Below are positions 51,540-64,000 of a DNA stretch of 64,000 nt, in pieces. A program made the position numbers and the translations under genes. The stretch is from Octopus vulgaris (lineage: Eukaryota), in contig OX597816.1 of NCBI GenBank assembly GCA_951406725.2, positions 21,142,001 to 21,206,000 of the forward strand, in the 5' to 3' direction. The notes under the pieces were generated by a model that ran no database searches, was not told the origin of the DNA, and was given only the letters and a program-made list of their open reading frames with translations. Within the stretch, counting starts at the first letter, position 1; each line of letters starts with the position of its first letter.

Positions 51540-51745
51540 AGCTGGCAGAATTGTTAGCATGCTGGATCAAATGCTCAGCAGTTTCTCACCCTTTGCTACA
51601 TTCTGAGTTCAAATTCCACTGAGGTCGACTTTGCCGTTCATCCTTTCAGGGCCGATAAATTGAGTACCAGTTGTGTACTGAGGTCGATCTAATCAACTGG
51701 CCCCTTCACCCCAAATTTTAGGCCTTGTGCCTATACAAGAAAGGA
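51540..51745 (+). mobile_element. SINE family B variant with alternative tail
   Basis: Same head and central domain, then a CCCCAAATTTTAGGCCTTGTGCC tail. Confidence 0.78.
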
Positions 51746-53886
51746 TTATTGTTATTTTTATCATTATTATTAATTTCATTAGCTTGGTGGATTGGTAGCA
51801 TCATTATAACAGGAGTATAAAATTCTTTGCTGTCTTTGTTCTCGCTCCTTACATTCTAAATTCAGCCGTGATCACCTTTAAGTTTTCCAGGCAAACTTTG
51901 TGCTTACCTCCTAAAACTCTAGCTGCACTGTTAGAAAGATTATTCTGTATTGCTGCTTGTATTTAAAATTCAGCATCTGGAGATGGCCACAAATGAACAT
52001 ATAGAAATGACTCTCTACCATATATGGTGAAACATCCAGCATTAAGGCAAATCAGTTTAGGGGTAGGGGGTCAAAGTCTTATATAGCAATACAATACTTG
52101 ATGGTTGCATACCACAACAATGATTGTGCTGGCTTCCCTAGGTACTTGAGAAAAATGATAAAGATAATGCTGAAGAGTCCCAGCAGAACCAGACATCTGG
52201 TGGATCCTGACATGTATAGTGTTGGTGGAACAATACTCTGCTGATTGTAAAGAGAACAAGGCAAAAGAACTAGTTTAGGACCACATTGGAGGTCCTCCAG
52301 ATAAAGCCTGGACGTTATCTCCCCCATCGAATGGGTCAGACTTATGAGTAATTTGTAGGGGGCAGAAGACTGAGCTGCCAGGTGTTTAGGATATGTGGCC
52401 ATCACAGAGATCTATCTACACAAACAAAACAGGAAACAAAAAAAGGATAGCCCACTGCTGCTGAAACCACTATGCAACAACAGCGGCTTAAAAAAAACCA
52501 GAGGTTGTAAAATAGCAACAGCAGAAAAAGTTGTTGGGCTTTGAGCTCAGTACCTGGAGAAGTAGATTCATGCATCCTTTAGTGGTCTAATGCAATGGAG
52601 AGAACATCTGGCTAAATTGCTCAGATTCTAATATGGTCAAGACCCCTAGGTGGACAAGAACTGGTGTGAGATGAAGAGCAGGGTGGTAAACTTTACCCAG
52701 AAATATGCCAAGCAGAAGCTATCTTTGAAGGGTTGGGTGTAGGCAGCAAATACCTACATTGCATCCATTTTCTACTACAGCCTGACTATGATGCCTAGCT
52801 CTGTTTTACGGTTGACTGGACTAAAGCACTTTCTTTTCCACTTACTGTGGAGGAGGTTACTAGTCAGGAGGTCCATTTGCTATCAACATCCACTGTGTAG
52901 AGGATTGGATGTATTGTGGCTAATGATGTGCAGACATGTACTGAGGTTACTATGTCTCCAAACTTTCCTTGGTGACGAGCAACTGTGATTACTGTTTGTT
53001 TGATACTCTTTTACTTGTTTCAGTCATTTGACTGTGGCCATGCTGGAGCATCACCTTTAGTCGAGCAAATTGGGCTGTGTTGTGTTCTTCAGCAAGGCAC
53101 TTTATTTCACATTGTTCCAGTTCATTCAGTTGTAGAAATGATTTGTGACATCACTGCTGCCAAGATGTGTGGGCCCCTTTTCCTTTCCCTTGGATGATGT
53201 CAGTGGTGTGGAGATGGGAAACTGGCATGCATGGGCAACTGCTGGTCTTCCACAGATGACCTTACCTGAACTTGTGCCACAGAGGGTAACTTTCAAAGTG
53301 CAATCTCATGGTCATGAATGACCAAAGGGGTCTTTACTTTTTGTATATATATAAATGGAGAGAGAGAGAGAGAGGGGAGGGAGAGAGGGAGCTATGAATT
53401 AGTAGTGTTAGTTGCATTGTGAATTCTTTGAATAAAACGTGAGGTTTACATATTTTAGACCACTGAGCTCTAAGTTCAAATCTTGTCTTAGTCAAGAATG
53501 CCTCTCAATATTTGAGGGTGGATAAATAAAGTAACATAGAAGAACAGTGGATCAACAGATTATTAGAACATTAGAAGAGATACCCTTCAGTATCTGCTTC
53601 AGCCTCTGTTTTGTTATTGAGAAATAAATTTTTAAAAATGAAAAACATTTAGATGCTGTCAAAAATGGTGATACATTTGGTAAGTCTTCAAGCAAGTATA
53701 CAAGTAATGTTTTTCTTGTTGGCAGAAGAATATGGAAGGCAAATGTCAAGACTTGTACAAGAAATGAATGTAATATATTTATATATGCATATGTTTGTGC
53801 GCATGTTGCTAACTATTGGCAAAGAAAATTAATGTGCAGTTTTCATTGAGAGATCAGTCTTTACATATAAGGCCTGTATATATATA

Positions 53887-53931
<45 letters not shown>

Positions 53932-55429
53932 GTGTCCAGCATTCGCCATTATAGATCGCTAGCCACTAAACCTTTTCCTATTTTCTCTCCCTGTTTATTT
54001 CTATGTTCTTTTCTGTCAATGAGCATAGGCTCAAAATGCAAAAGACTTTCTCACCTCCCGAGCGTTAAACTAATACGTCTGCTTGTTGTTTACACACCCA
54101 TCTTCGTCTTTTGTTTTTTTTTTGTAAATTCTCACTATATGTATGTGTGTGTGTGTAGAGAGAGAGAGAGGGGAGAGGGGGAGGGAGAAAGGAAGAGAGA
54201 TAGAGAGAGCTATGTATTAGTAATCAAAGTAAACAAACGATGTGCATTGTGCTACATGGATGAATCAAGGGTTGAACACAGAGAATACAAGGAGAAAAAT
54301 TAGATGAAAGCAGAGTAGACAGGAAAAGCAGACATAAACTGAACGGACAGAAAACTAGATGACAATTTACATGAAATATTCACAGCTGAGTTTTCCTCTT
54401 CAGTCAAAGACCCAAAATATCTTAACAGTTTCAAGCCAATGAATTAGTAATGTTTTTTCTATCAGCTACACAATGTGTTTGTATTACGAGAAGACACTGG
54501 CAGTCACAGGGAAAAGTTCATTAGAATTTCCATTATCAAATATCACTCACGAGGTGTTGGTCAAGACGCAAGACAGCAGGATTTGAACACGGACTCAGAT
54601 AACTACAAAGAAGATTTGTTAACCACACAGCCATGTCTGCACTCATGATGAATATAAATCATGGTTGTCTCATAGCAAATTAGATTAAGTGAACAAGAAT
54701 ATATTTTCTATGAAATACCGCTGCAGAGTGAAAATGGCTTTTTCTATCTAAAATTGATAAGCAACCTGCAGCTTTGGTTTTAGCTTTGATTGACAACATA
54801 CGGAGAGAAACTATTACCATCCAGAAAATTAAATCACTGGCAAATTAATAATTGATCCCCCAAAAAACAATATATGGAAGACACTTTCGAAGTAAGTAAC
54901 AAACTTTTCTCTTTAGCCCTCTCTTTTGGCCCCACATTTTTCTTTCTCTCCCCCACTCTCTCTCTCACTTTTTTTTTTATCGATTCCACTGAAAAAAAAA
55001 TATATACTGATAACATGACAAGAAAATAAATCTTCCCAATCCATTTTTTATATGATAAGATAACCTGCCTAACAGTGAAGGGTTATTTGCAAGGCTGGCT
55101 ACATTGGCCTTAAGCTGTACATATATTGATCAGAAAAGAAGAAAGAATTGATAAATGAGCAAAGAAATGAGGTGACATTAAGAATCTGCTTTTCTTCAAC
55201 CATTAATAATTGCATCTAACATTTGTTCAGGGTTATAAATTTCAAGTCAGGCAGATAATCGATTATATCAATTCCACTGCTTGATTGGGTGTCATTTTAA
55301 CTTGGTGGGAGGTAAGTCCTCCAAATAATGTGATATGTAAAAAAAAATACATAAAATATTAAGTTTGGTACCCTGCTGATTCTGATAAATCCATTGCTAT
55401 TTCTTTCACACAAAAAAATGTTTTGTGTG

Positions 55430-56247
55430 TAGTGCTGGATTAACCATTAAGCAAAATAAGCACGTGTTTATGGCATCAAGGGAAGGAGTGGAGCCACCAT
55501 ATAAATGGTAAATGGTTTACAGGACAAAAGAAATCACTTTAAACTTGCTAAAATAATATCCAGGATGACGTTATCTCTACTAAGTATAGATGCAGATGTG
55601 TTACCTAAGATTAATTTTGAGGATCTAATCAAAGACTTTGCAATTCAAAAAAGTTGGAGGAAATTTTTAAAATGTAAATAAAGTGGAAGTATACGAAAAT
55701 AAATATTACTAGCAGTATCGCTCGGCGGTGCTCGGGTTTGTTTCGACCCTTTAGAATTGGAATTTTCGAAAATTAAAAATTGTGCATTATGTAGCTTGTT
55801 ATTCTCTTTAAGTGAACATTTTTCTGGTTGAAATACACCGAAAAATGGTGACACAGCAGTAAAAAAATCGTAAATTTTGGGATTTTCATAGAAAAAAAGC
55901 ACCTTTTTGATGTAAATACTTTTTGGTGTAAACATGGTCCGATTTGAATTTTCCTTCAACAGAAGGAAGAGCAAACCTTCTTCTACCATGCTCTCAATTT
56001 TGGTCAACTTGTGCCACAGGGTCTCGGAGGAGATAGTGTTAGTTGAAGGTTACCAAACCTGCCATACACAGACAACTTCAACTTTATATATAGAGAGATT
56101 TGCCCTCTTATTATTTTGTTTCGTTTTGAAAAATAAAAATTTATTTTATGGTCTATTATTGTTTATATTTTGAATTTCATAATCTTTTATGAGGGCACCA
56201 AGATCTTTTAAGTGCTTAGGGCTTCGATGGGTCTTAATCTGGCCCTG
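55430..56247. mobile_element. hAT-type MITE containing a Helitron
   Basis: TAGTGCTGGATTAA / TTAATCTGGCCCTG ends; possible decayed 8-bp TSD tttgtgtg/gttgcatg. Confidence 0.6.
55709..56098 (-). mobile_element. Non-autonomous Helitron-like element
   Basis: Same family as 20082-20470, with TC 5' and CTAG 3' ends. Confidence 0.85.
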
Positions 56248-56694
56248 GTTGCATGTGTACATGTGTGTGTGTTTATGCGTGTGTGTGTGTCTACCGTAGG
56301 TGTAAAACTAGTCGATGGGTAATGAAGATGAGGGAGAAAATTTTCTTTGATCCAGTACAAACCTGGATAGCATCTGTCCCTGATAGGTCAGTTAGTTGTC
56401 AATAAAAGGAGTGACAGTATAAAGAAAAGTTTATACAGAGACGAGATTTCAAAGGAACTAAAATAATGAAAGAAAAAAAGGAAGAAAGAAAGTAGAGAAT
56501 AAGTTCATTAAAATGTTAACACAAAAAATTAGTGCTCACCTCAGGCTCTTCTGAAATTAAATTAAATTCAAATTAAATTAGTAACTAAAATTAAGGATTA
56601 AATTAGATACATTAGTTAAGAAATGAGTGATTGGTTTGTAACACGAAATTAATCATATGGGGATGGAGATGAGAGACGTTACTTGATAAGAGCT

Positions 56695-57990
56695 CTACCA
56701 TAATATTGGTTTTAAATTTTGGCACAAGGCCATCAATTTTAGAGGAGGCGGTAAGTTGAATACATTGACTCCAGTGCTTAATTGGTTCTTATTGACCCCC
56801 ATAAAAGAAAGAAAAGCGAAGTCAACCTCTGTGGAATTTGAACTCAGAATGTAACGATGGAGGGAGTGCCACCAAGTATTATATCTGGCATGTTGATGGT
56901 TCTGCCAGCTCGCTGTCCTAAATGCTACCATTAATAATCTTTTCTACTAAAAGCATGAGGCCTGAAATTTTTGGGGAGGGATTAAGTCGATTACATCGAC
57001 CCCAGTACTCCACTGGTATTTATTTTATTGACCCAGAAAGGATGAAAGGCAAAGTTGACCTCAGCAGAATTTTAACTCAGAATGTGTAATAGCAGATGAA
57101 ATACCTCGAAGCATTTTGCTCTGGCTAAACATGTGTTTACAGGATACTGCAAATGAGTAACACTGCATGCGTAACAGTGGCACTCTTGTACAGCCATCAC
57201 ACAATAGCAAGGCAAGGAGACACAAGCATACACATTTGCACATTACACACACACATATATATATATACACACCCATACACACACACATGCATACATGCCA
57301 ATATACATACATGCATGTATATAGCAGACTCTTTTTAGTTTCCATATATCAAATCTTCTCACAAGACTTTGGTTAGCCCAAAGAAATTGTAGAAGATCCT
57401 TGCGTTTACAAATACAACTAAGCATTTCACCAGGCATGTTAATAAATTTTTCTCTACTCTAGGCACAAGGCCCGAAATTTTGGGGGAGGTAGCTCAACCC
57501 CAGTACACAACAGGTACTTAATTTATCGAACCCAAAAGGATGAAAGGCAAAGTCAACTTTTGTGGAATTTGAACTCAGAACATAAAGTCAGACAAAATAC
57601 CTATTTCTTATTTCCTTACTACCCACAAGGAGCTAAACACAGAGAGGACAAACAAGGACAGAAAAATGGATTAAGTCGATTATATCGACTCCAGTGCATA
57701 ACTGGTACTTATTTAATCGACCCCGAAAGGATGAAAGGCAGAGTCGACCTCGGTGGAATTTGAACTCGGAATGTAGCGGCAGACGAAATACTACTAAGCA
57801 TTTCGCCCAGTGTGCTAACGCTTGTGCCAGCTTGTTGCCTTGATAATAACATCAATAATAATAATGTTCTCAAAATTTACCACAAGAGCAGCAATTTTCA
57901 ACTGGTACTTAAATTTTATTGACCCCAAAAGGATGAAAGGCAAAGTCGACTTTGGCAGAATTTGAACTCAGAACATAAAGACAGGTAAAA
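56695..57990 (-). mobile_element. Cluster of SINE family B copies and variants
   Basis: At least five GACCCC..AAAGGATGAAAGGCAAAGTC..AATTTGAACTCAGAA segments. Confidence 0.8.
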
Positions 57991-59149
57991 TACTTGCATT
58001 TAGTAGTAGAAGATTGAACCCAAAATGCTTTATTCGAGGAGAAAACTTCTTATCCACACAGTTATGTCTGCACCTGATTCATTTTCAAATACGTGCATTT
58101 GTCACAGAATGTCTTTGACTGTTATCATATCAATGCTTCTATTTCCCTTTTAGAATTTTTCTAAATTCTTAATATGGCCATTTGTCTTTTGTTGCATATA
58201 ATTTTCTTCCTTCTTTTTAATTTATACAAGTTTTACCAGGAATATTGCTTAAGTTATTTCCTTATTCCCATTGCTAATCCTAACTAAATAATAAACAAAT
58301 TTTATTTGTACTAACTCTAAAATTTACAGCCTTCAATTTCTCCATTCTTTCCTTTAGTTCTGTTTCTGTTCGGAATATATAAGCTGTCTTTTTAATGCTG
58401 CTCTATCCTGGATAATGGTTTTATCTCAAATGATCCAGTTAGTTATATAAGTGACTCAATTTATAACTTAGCTTAAGTCTCATAAGAATTAATACTTGTA
58501 GCTTCATTGTCATTTTGACATGAAAATCTTTTTAATTTAAACTGAAACTTTATGTAGTAACCTGTAGCTTAAACTGAATCTTATTATAATAAACAGTCCG
58601 AGTGAATAACATTTGTGTAGTTTCCTAGAAAGCTATAAGTTTATTCTTTAATGCTTCAAAAATACATTGAAATCCTTCACTAGGAAATTGTTTTATTTCT
58701 ACCACATCCATCGGACTTAATCTATAAACAGATGTCACAAAATATGATAATCTTAACTTGATCATGAACAATCCTGTATAAAAATTACTGTTTTTTGAAG
58801 AAATAAAGTAATGCAATGTTTGACGGACAAACAAAATTATTCTAAATAATGTTTTTCTGCTTTACATTATTAAGTTAACTTTGCCACATACTTTTTTTTT
58901 TATACTTCATTAAACATGGCTTTTTTTTTGGCTTCTATTTACTAGTCTTGTGATGTATTCATTTCCTTTTAGTGAGAGGAATATTCTTGAGATTTTTCGG
59001 TTTTTTTATTAGTGTCTAAATCTTGTTCATGATGTTTTGCAAACACAAATTCATCCAATCCATTGATGCCCTGCCTTACAGCCAAGATTTATGTTACAAT
59101 TTTCCCATCCTGCATCCCACACACACTCACACAGGCTCATACGCACAAG

Positions 59150-59336
59150 AACATGTATATATAAGTATATACATATACATATATACTTATATATGTCTGC
59201 GTATGGTGTCTATATATTTATGTATAACTATACATAATATACATAATATACATATATGCATACATAAATACTCTCATAAACACACAAATATATATCTATA
59301 TTTATACACACACATAAATATATACATACATACAGT

Positions 59337-59368
<32 letters not shown>

Positions 59369-59392
59369 CATATCTGTATATATATACATGTA

Positions 59393-59448
<56 letters not shown>

Positions 59449-59665
59449 TAGAAGATAGATATAGATAAATATATATACATATATATATATATATTAAATA
59501 TATATATATATACACACACACACAAATTTATATCAATGTATATATGCATGTCTACATACATATATACATACATATACAGGTGCATACATAAATACATATA
59601 TATTGATGCATACATAAATATACATACGTGTGTATACGTTTGTGTGCATGCATCTGTATATACAC
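59150..59665. repeat. Degenerate (TA)/(CA) microsatellite field
   Basis: Directly visible. Confidence 0.9.
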
Positions 59666-61005
59666 AAGCAGTTTTATAGGAAGTCATTAACATGTTCTTT
59701 CATTTGGCATTTGATTTCGTTTTCGTTATAAAAAAAAAAAAATCACATTACCAAAATGACAGACAAATCACAGCATATTTATATATAAAACCCATAGGCA
59801 AGATGAACTTAAGGGTCATATATGTTTATAACATGATGAATTGATAATTTGCTTTTCATGAGAATTCCATAGTTTTTTTAACATTACTTTCTAACAGTGA
59901 AACGTAGAAGCTCAATATTTCTTTCTCGAGATGCCCATCAGCACGTTTTCAGGTACACCATTAAAAAACATTACATTATAAATCTATAAAGTGAAGAATG
60001 CAGTTACGAATAAAAGATGTTTCCTTAACTATATTCTCATGCTTCTCAAATGACAAAACAAACTTGTAAATTTGATCTGAATATTAAATGATTTTTTGGG
60101 GTTTTTTTTTCTTTTTTATATGGGAGAAAGGAGATTACTAACTGGAGTTTTTCATTTTGTTGCCTTGATTAAATTTCTTTTCAGGCATGGCTGTGTGGTA
60201 AGAAGTTTGCTTCCCAGACACATGATTCTGGGTTCAGTTCCACTGCAGGGCAACTTGGTTAATTCTCTTCTACTATAGCCTTGGGCCAACCAAAGCTTTG
60301 TGAATTGATTTAGTAGATGGAAACCATCATCTTGGCTTAACATCCCTCATCGTTTGTTTTTATTGTGTTATTCTCTTTGCCCTGTCTTTTACTGTTTTTA
60401 CTTGTATTGTTTTTATTGTCTTGTTTTGTTCTTGCTGTCCTGTTCTTGTTACCACTTTTAACCCTCCGCAAACAATCTCAAATATTTATTTAATTTGCTT
60501 TGCGGGAAGGACTGTTTCAATGAAGTCACGTCTTGTCCTTACCTTTGAAATGCAGAGTAGCCGAAACAGGGACAACTGAAGAAGGGGAATATTCCTTGTG
60601 TTGTATGTTTTATACTCTGTTTCTTCGTTGTTTGAAAAATACTTCGTTTCCATGTTTTTGTTTTTATGTTTTCGTTTCCCATTGTGTTCAACGTTTTTTG
60701 GTGTCCTTTACCCATATATGTATGTATATATACATATAGATGTAGGTATATGCATATATGTATATATATATGCATATATTTATATATTATTTATATTATT
60801 ATTTGATCGAATGCCCCGCATCCTTTTCCAAGTAAGTTTTATCTAAATAATTATGATGCGCACTCTTAACTTTTACTAATTCTCCTCTGTCTATCTCTTA
60901 TCCATATGTATATATGCATATATTTATACATTATTTATATTATTATATGATCGAACGCCAGACATCTTTTTCCAAGTAAGTTTTATATATATATATATAT
61001 ATATA

Positions 61006-61882
61006 CAGGGTATGAAGGGTAAATTGTCACCATTTTATATTTTTAATTTCATGCATGCACATTGTTTGTTTTTGATTTTGTCAACTACACAGTATAGTTG
61101 GGCCAGCTGGGCACCGCCTGTGAGAGAAACAGTACCATGATGCAATTCACTCTGCCAGAAATTTGGAAACGACATGCTGTACTGTTTGGCATTCATGACA
61201 GAAACGCTGATATGAACATTTCAGAGTGTTTGGGTGTCAATCTGAGGACAGTGCAATTTGAGGATATGTACCAAGGGTGATAAAAATCAAACATCCAGTC
61301 AGCATCGTGGTGTTTGAAGTGATCACTAGTGATGGTGATGTTATGCCTTCATTCATTTTCCCACATGGCCTCACACTCAACACGAAGGCCCACATCATGG
61401 AGGTAGTGCTACCCTGGGTCAGGAGCGTGGCTACTGGAAGACCTTTTGTCTGGCAACCGGACTCTGCACCTTTCCACACAAGCAGGAGAACCCAGTCATG
61501 GCTTTCAGACAAATTCAGCAACCACATCATCCCTAACATCTGGTCACCTAACTCCCCAGACTACAACCCTCTTAATTATTATGTGTGGGCTACAGTTGAG
61601 CAAGAGACCAACAAAATTCCTTGTAACACCAAAGATGAACTGAAAGTAAGGGTTATAGCAGCACTCACCAACTTAAATGGGGAGGCCGTCCAGAAGAGTT
61701 GCAGGAGATTCTCAAGTTGTCTGGAGTTTGTAGGTGAAGCCAATGGCGATTTTATTAAATAAATTTACTCTTTAGTATTTCGAGATATTTTTATGTCATT
61801 TTGGTAAATATATCTGCTAAAATGAGATGTCAGTGTTATTTTCATTTTTGCATAACTTAGACAATATATTCCCCACACCCTG
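61006..61882 (+). mobile_element. Internally deleted maT-type (DD37D) Tc1/mariner
   Basis: TA-flanked CAGGGT../..ACCCTG ends; QPDSAPFH...WSPNSPDYNPLNY has 37 residues between the second D and the third catalytic position (here N). Confidence 0.88.
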
Positions 61883-62004
61883 TATATATACGCAGTGGGA
61901 TTGAACCTGGAACCATGTGGTTGGGAAGCAAACATCTTACCACATACCCATGTCTAATTTTCTGACTCCTTGAAGCATAAAGCTCCAAATACAGTATTAA
62001 AATG

Positions 62005-62425
62005 GCTTATGGATGCAAGACCTGAACACTAAAGAAAGCTGACCAGAAGAGAATTAATGCATTCGAGCTTTGGTGTTCGAGAAGACTTTTGCGGATTCCA
62101 TGGACAGCGAGGCTCACCAATGGAGAAGTTCTTAGGCAGATAAGGCCGAAAATGTCGCTAGAAGCTAGGATCACCAAGCATAGATTGGCATATTTCGGTC
62201 ATATTATGTGGAGAAAATCCCTGGAGAAGGACATCATGCTCAGAATGGTCAGTGGCAAGAGAAGAAGAGGCCGACCAAGAACCCGCTGGCTTGACACCAT
62301 CAAGAATGATATCGGAATGGACATAGCCAATCTGAAAGAAGCGGCCCAGGATAGAACTGACTGGAGGACACTGATCCAACGAGTGACCGAGAGTCAACTT
62401 CGACTGAGCGGATAGAGGGAGAGAT
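62005..62425 (+). mobile_element. RTE/BovB-like LINE ORF2 3' fragment
   Basis: YGC.T*TLKKADQKRINAFELWC.RRLLRIPWTAR...YFGHIM..SLEKDIML..V.GKRRRGRPRTRWLD...W...I..VTESQLRLSG*. Confidence 0.9.
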
Positions 62426-62699
62426 TTGACCTCTCTCGGATGCAGTGAACTGGCAGAGTCATTAGCTCACTGGACAAAATGCTGAACAGCATTTCATCTG
62501 ACTTTAGATTTTGAGTTCAAATTCTACTGAAGTTGACTTTACATTCCATCATTTCAGGGACAATAAAACAAGTACCTGTTGATCATTGAGGTTGATGTAC
62601 CCTATTTTAATATGTATAAGGAACCCTTTTTTGTTAAAAATTAGGTTTAAACAATATGGGAGTTTCTTATAGATGGGTAGTATTATAATCCCTTTAGTA

Positions 62700-62990
62700 G
62701 AGGCACATGGCCTAGTGGTTAGAGCAGTGGACTCGCAGTTGAGGGATCGTGAGTTCGAATCTCAGACTGGGCGATGTGTGTGTTTATGAGCGAAACACCT
62801 AAGCTCCAGCAGAAGGTAATAGCGAACTTCTGCTGACCCTTTCGCCACAAATTTCTCTCACTATTTCCTCCTGAATTTTGCCGCTCACTTGTGATGGACC
62901 AACGTCCCATCCAGGTGGGGAACCTTATATGCCAAGGAAACTGGGAAACTGGCCCTATGAGCCAGGTATGGCTCAAGAAGGAACAAACAC
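62700..62990 (+). mobile_element. SINE with family C head and a different body
   Basis: GAGGCACATGGCCTAGTGGTTAGAGCAGTGGACTCGCAG head. Confidence 0.75.
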
Positions 62991-62994
62991 GACG

Positions 62995-63335
62995 TTCTGA
63001 GTTCAAATTCTGCCAAGGTCAACTTTGCCTTTCATTCTTTCAGGGTCGATAAATTAAGTACCAGTGATACACTGGGTCGATGTAATCGACTGTCCTCCTC
63101 TCCCACCAAAAAAATTTCGGGCCTTGTGTGTAGAGTAAAAAAGAATCGTTAGCACACTGGACGCAATGCTTAGTGGTATATTGCTCATCGCTACATTCTG
63201 AGTTCAAATTCCACCGAGGCTGGCTCTGCTTTTCATCCTTTCAGGATGAATAAATTAAGTACCTGTGATACACTGAGGTCGATGTAATCGACTAGTCCCC
63301 TCCCTTCAAATTTCAGGCCTTGTGTCTACAGCAGA
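62995..63335 (+). mobile_element. Two SINE family B variant copies
   Basis: B-box and central domain repeated twice. Confidence 0.78.
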
Positions 63336-63799
63336 AATGTTTATTTCAAACGACTTCACTGTAAGCCATTTTCATGAAAGCAACAAATTCAAGCTATTAC
63401 AAAATTATCTAAATTCACAATACTGGTCCTAAGATTGAAGAAAATATATTTATTCCCCACAACTTATCTGTTTACTGGGCTGTGAGTTTATATTCCATTT
63501 CAAATCTGTTGAAAGAGTATTAAACTTATTTGCCTTCAAAAGACATCATTAACACTTTCATCCTCATTGATAATAAAATTAAACTTTGAAATATTTCTTG
63601 TGTAAATATCACTTATTTTCCATTTTAAAGAAAGAGGTTAATTGATTTTTAAGCATGAGTTTAGCAAGTTCAAAATTTCTAATACCGAAAGACAACATTT
63701 TTGGACAAAATGCTTGGCACCTGGTGTTTTAGAAAAGGCTTTCTGTAAACTTAGATTCTTTCATCAACCAAAAAGAAGTAAAAAAAAAAAGTTACATGT

Positions 63800-64000
63800 A
63801 GGTGCAGGAGTGGCTGTGTGGTAAGTAGCTTGCCTACCAACCACATGGTTCCGGGTTCAGTCCCACTGCGTGGCATCTTGGGCAAGTGTCTTCTACTATA
63901 GCCTCGGGCCGACCAAAGCCTTGTGAGTGGATTTGGTAGACGGAAACTGAAAGAAGCCCGTCGTATATATGTATATATATATATATATATATATGTGTGT
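63800..64000 (+). mobile_element. SINE family A (runs off the window)
   Basis: Head and microsatellite. Confidence 0.92.

Overview
This is an AT-rich, repeat-saturated eukaryotic window, intronic or intergenic. The tRNA-derived SINE families and the dense (TA)n/(TG)n microsatellites suggest a coleoid cephalopod such as Octopus; that assignment is an inference. No intact host protein-coding gene is recognisable, and most listed ORFs are microsatellite or SINE artefacts. The window holds at least 5 SINE families in dozens of copies and decayed DNA transposons: mariner DD34D, Tc1, maT/DD37D and hAT. It also holds four non-autonomous Helitron-like elements, piggyBac-type (TTAA) MITEs, fold-back MITEs, and 3' fragments of RTE, BovB-like and CR1 LINEs. 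The most notable items are (1) a U6 snRNA copy fused directly to the 3' part of a (GAT)n-tailed retroelement, (2) a Penelope-type hammerhead ribozyme fold paired with an inverted partial copy, (3) SINE multimers that all join at the same nucleotide, (4) a MITE that multimerises with a fixed linker, and (5) a multi-level transposon nest. Coordinates were read by eye and may be off by a few bases.
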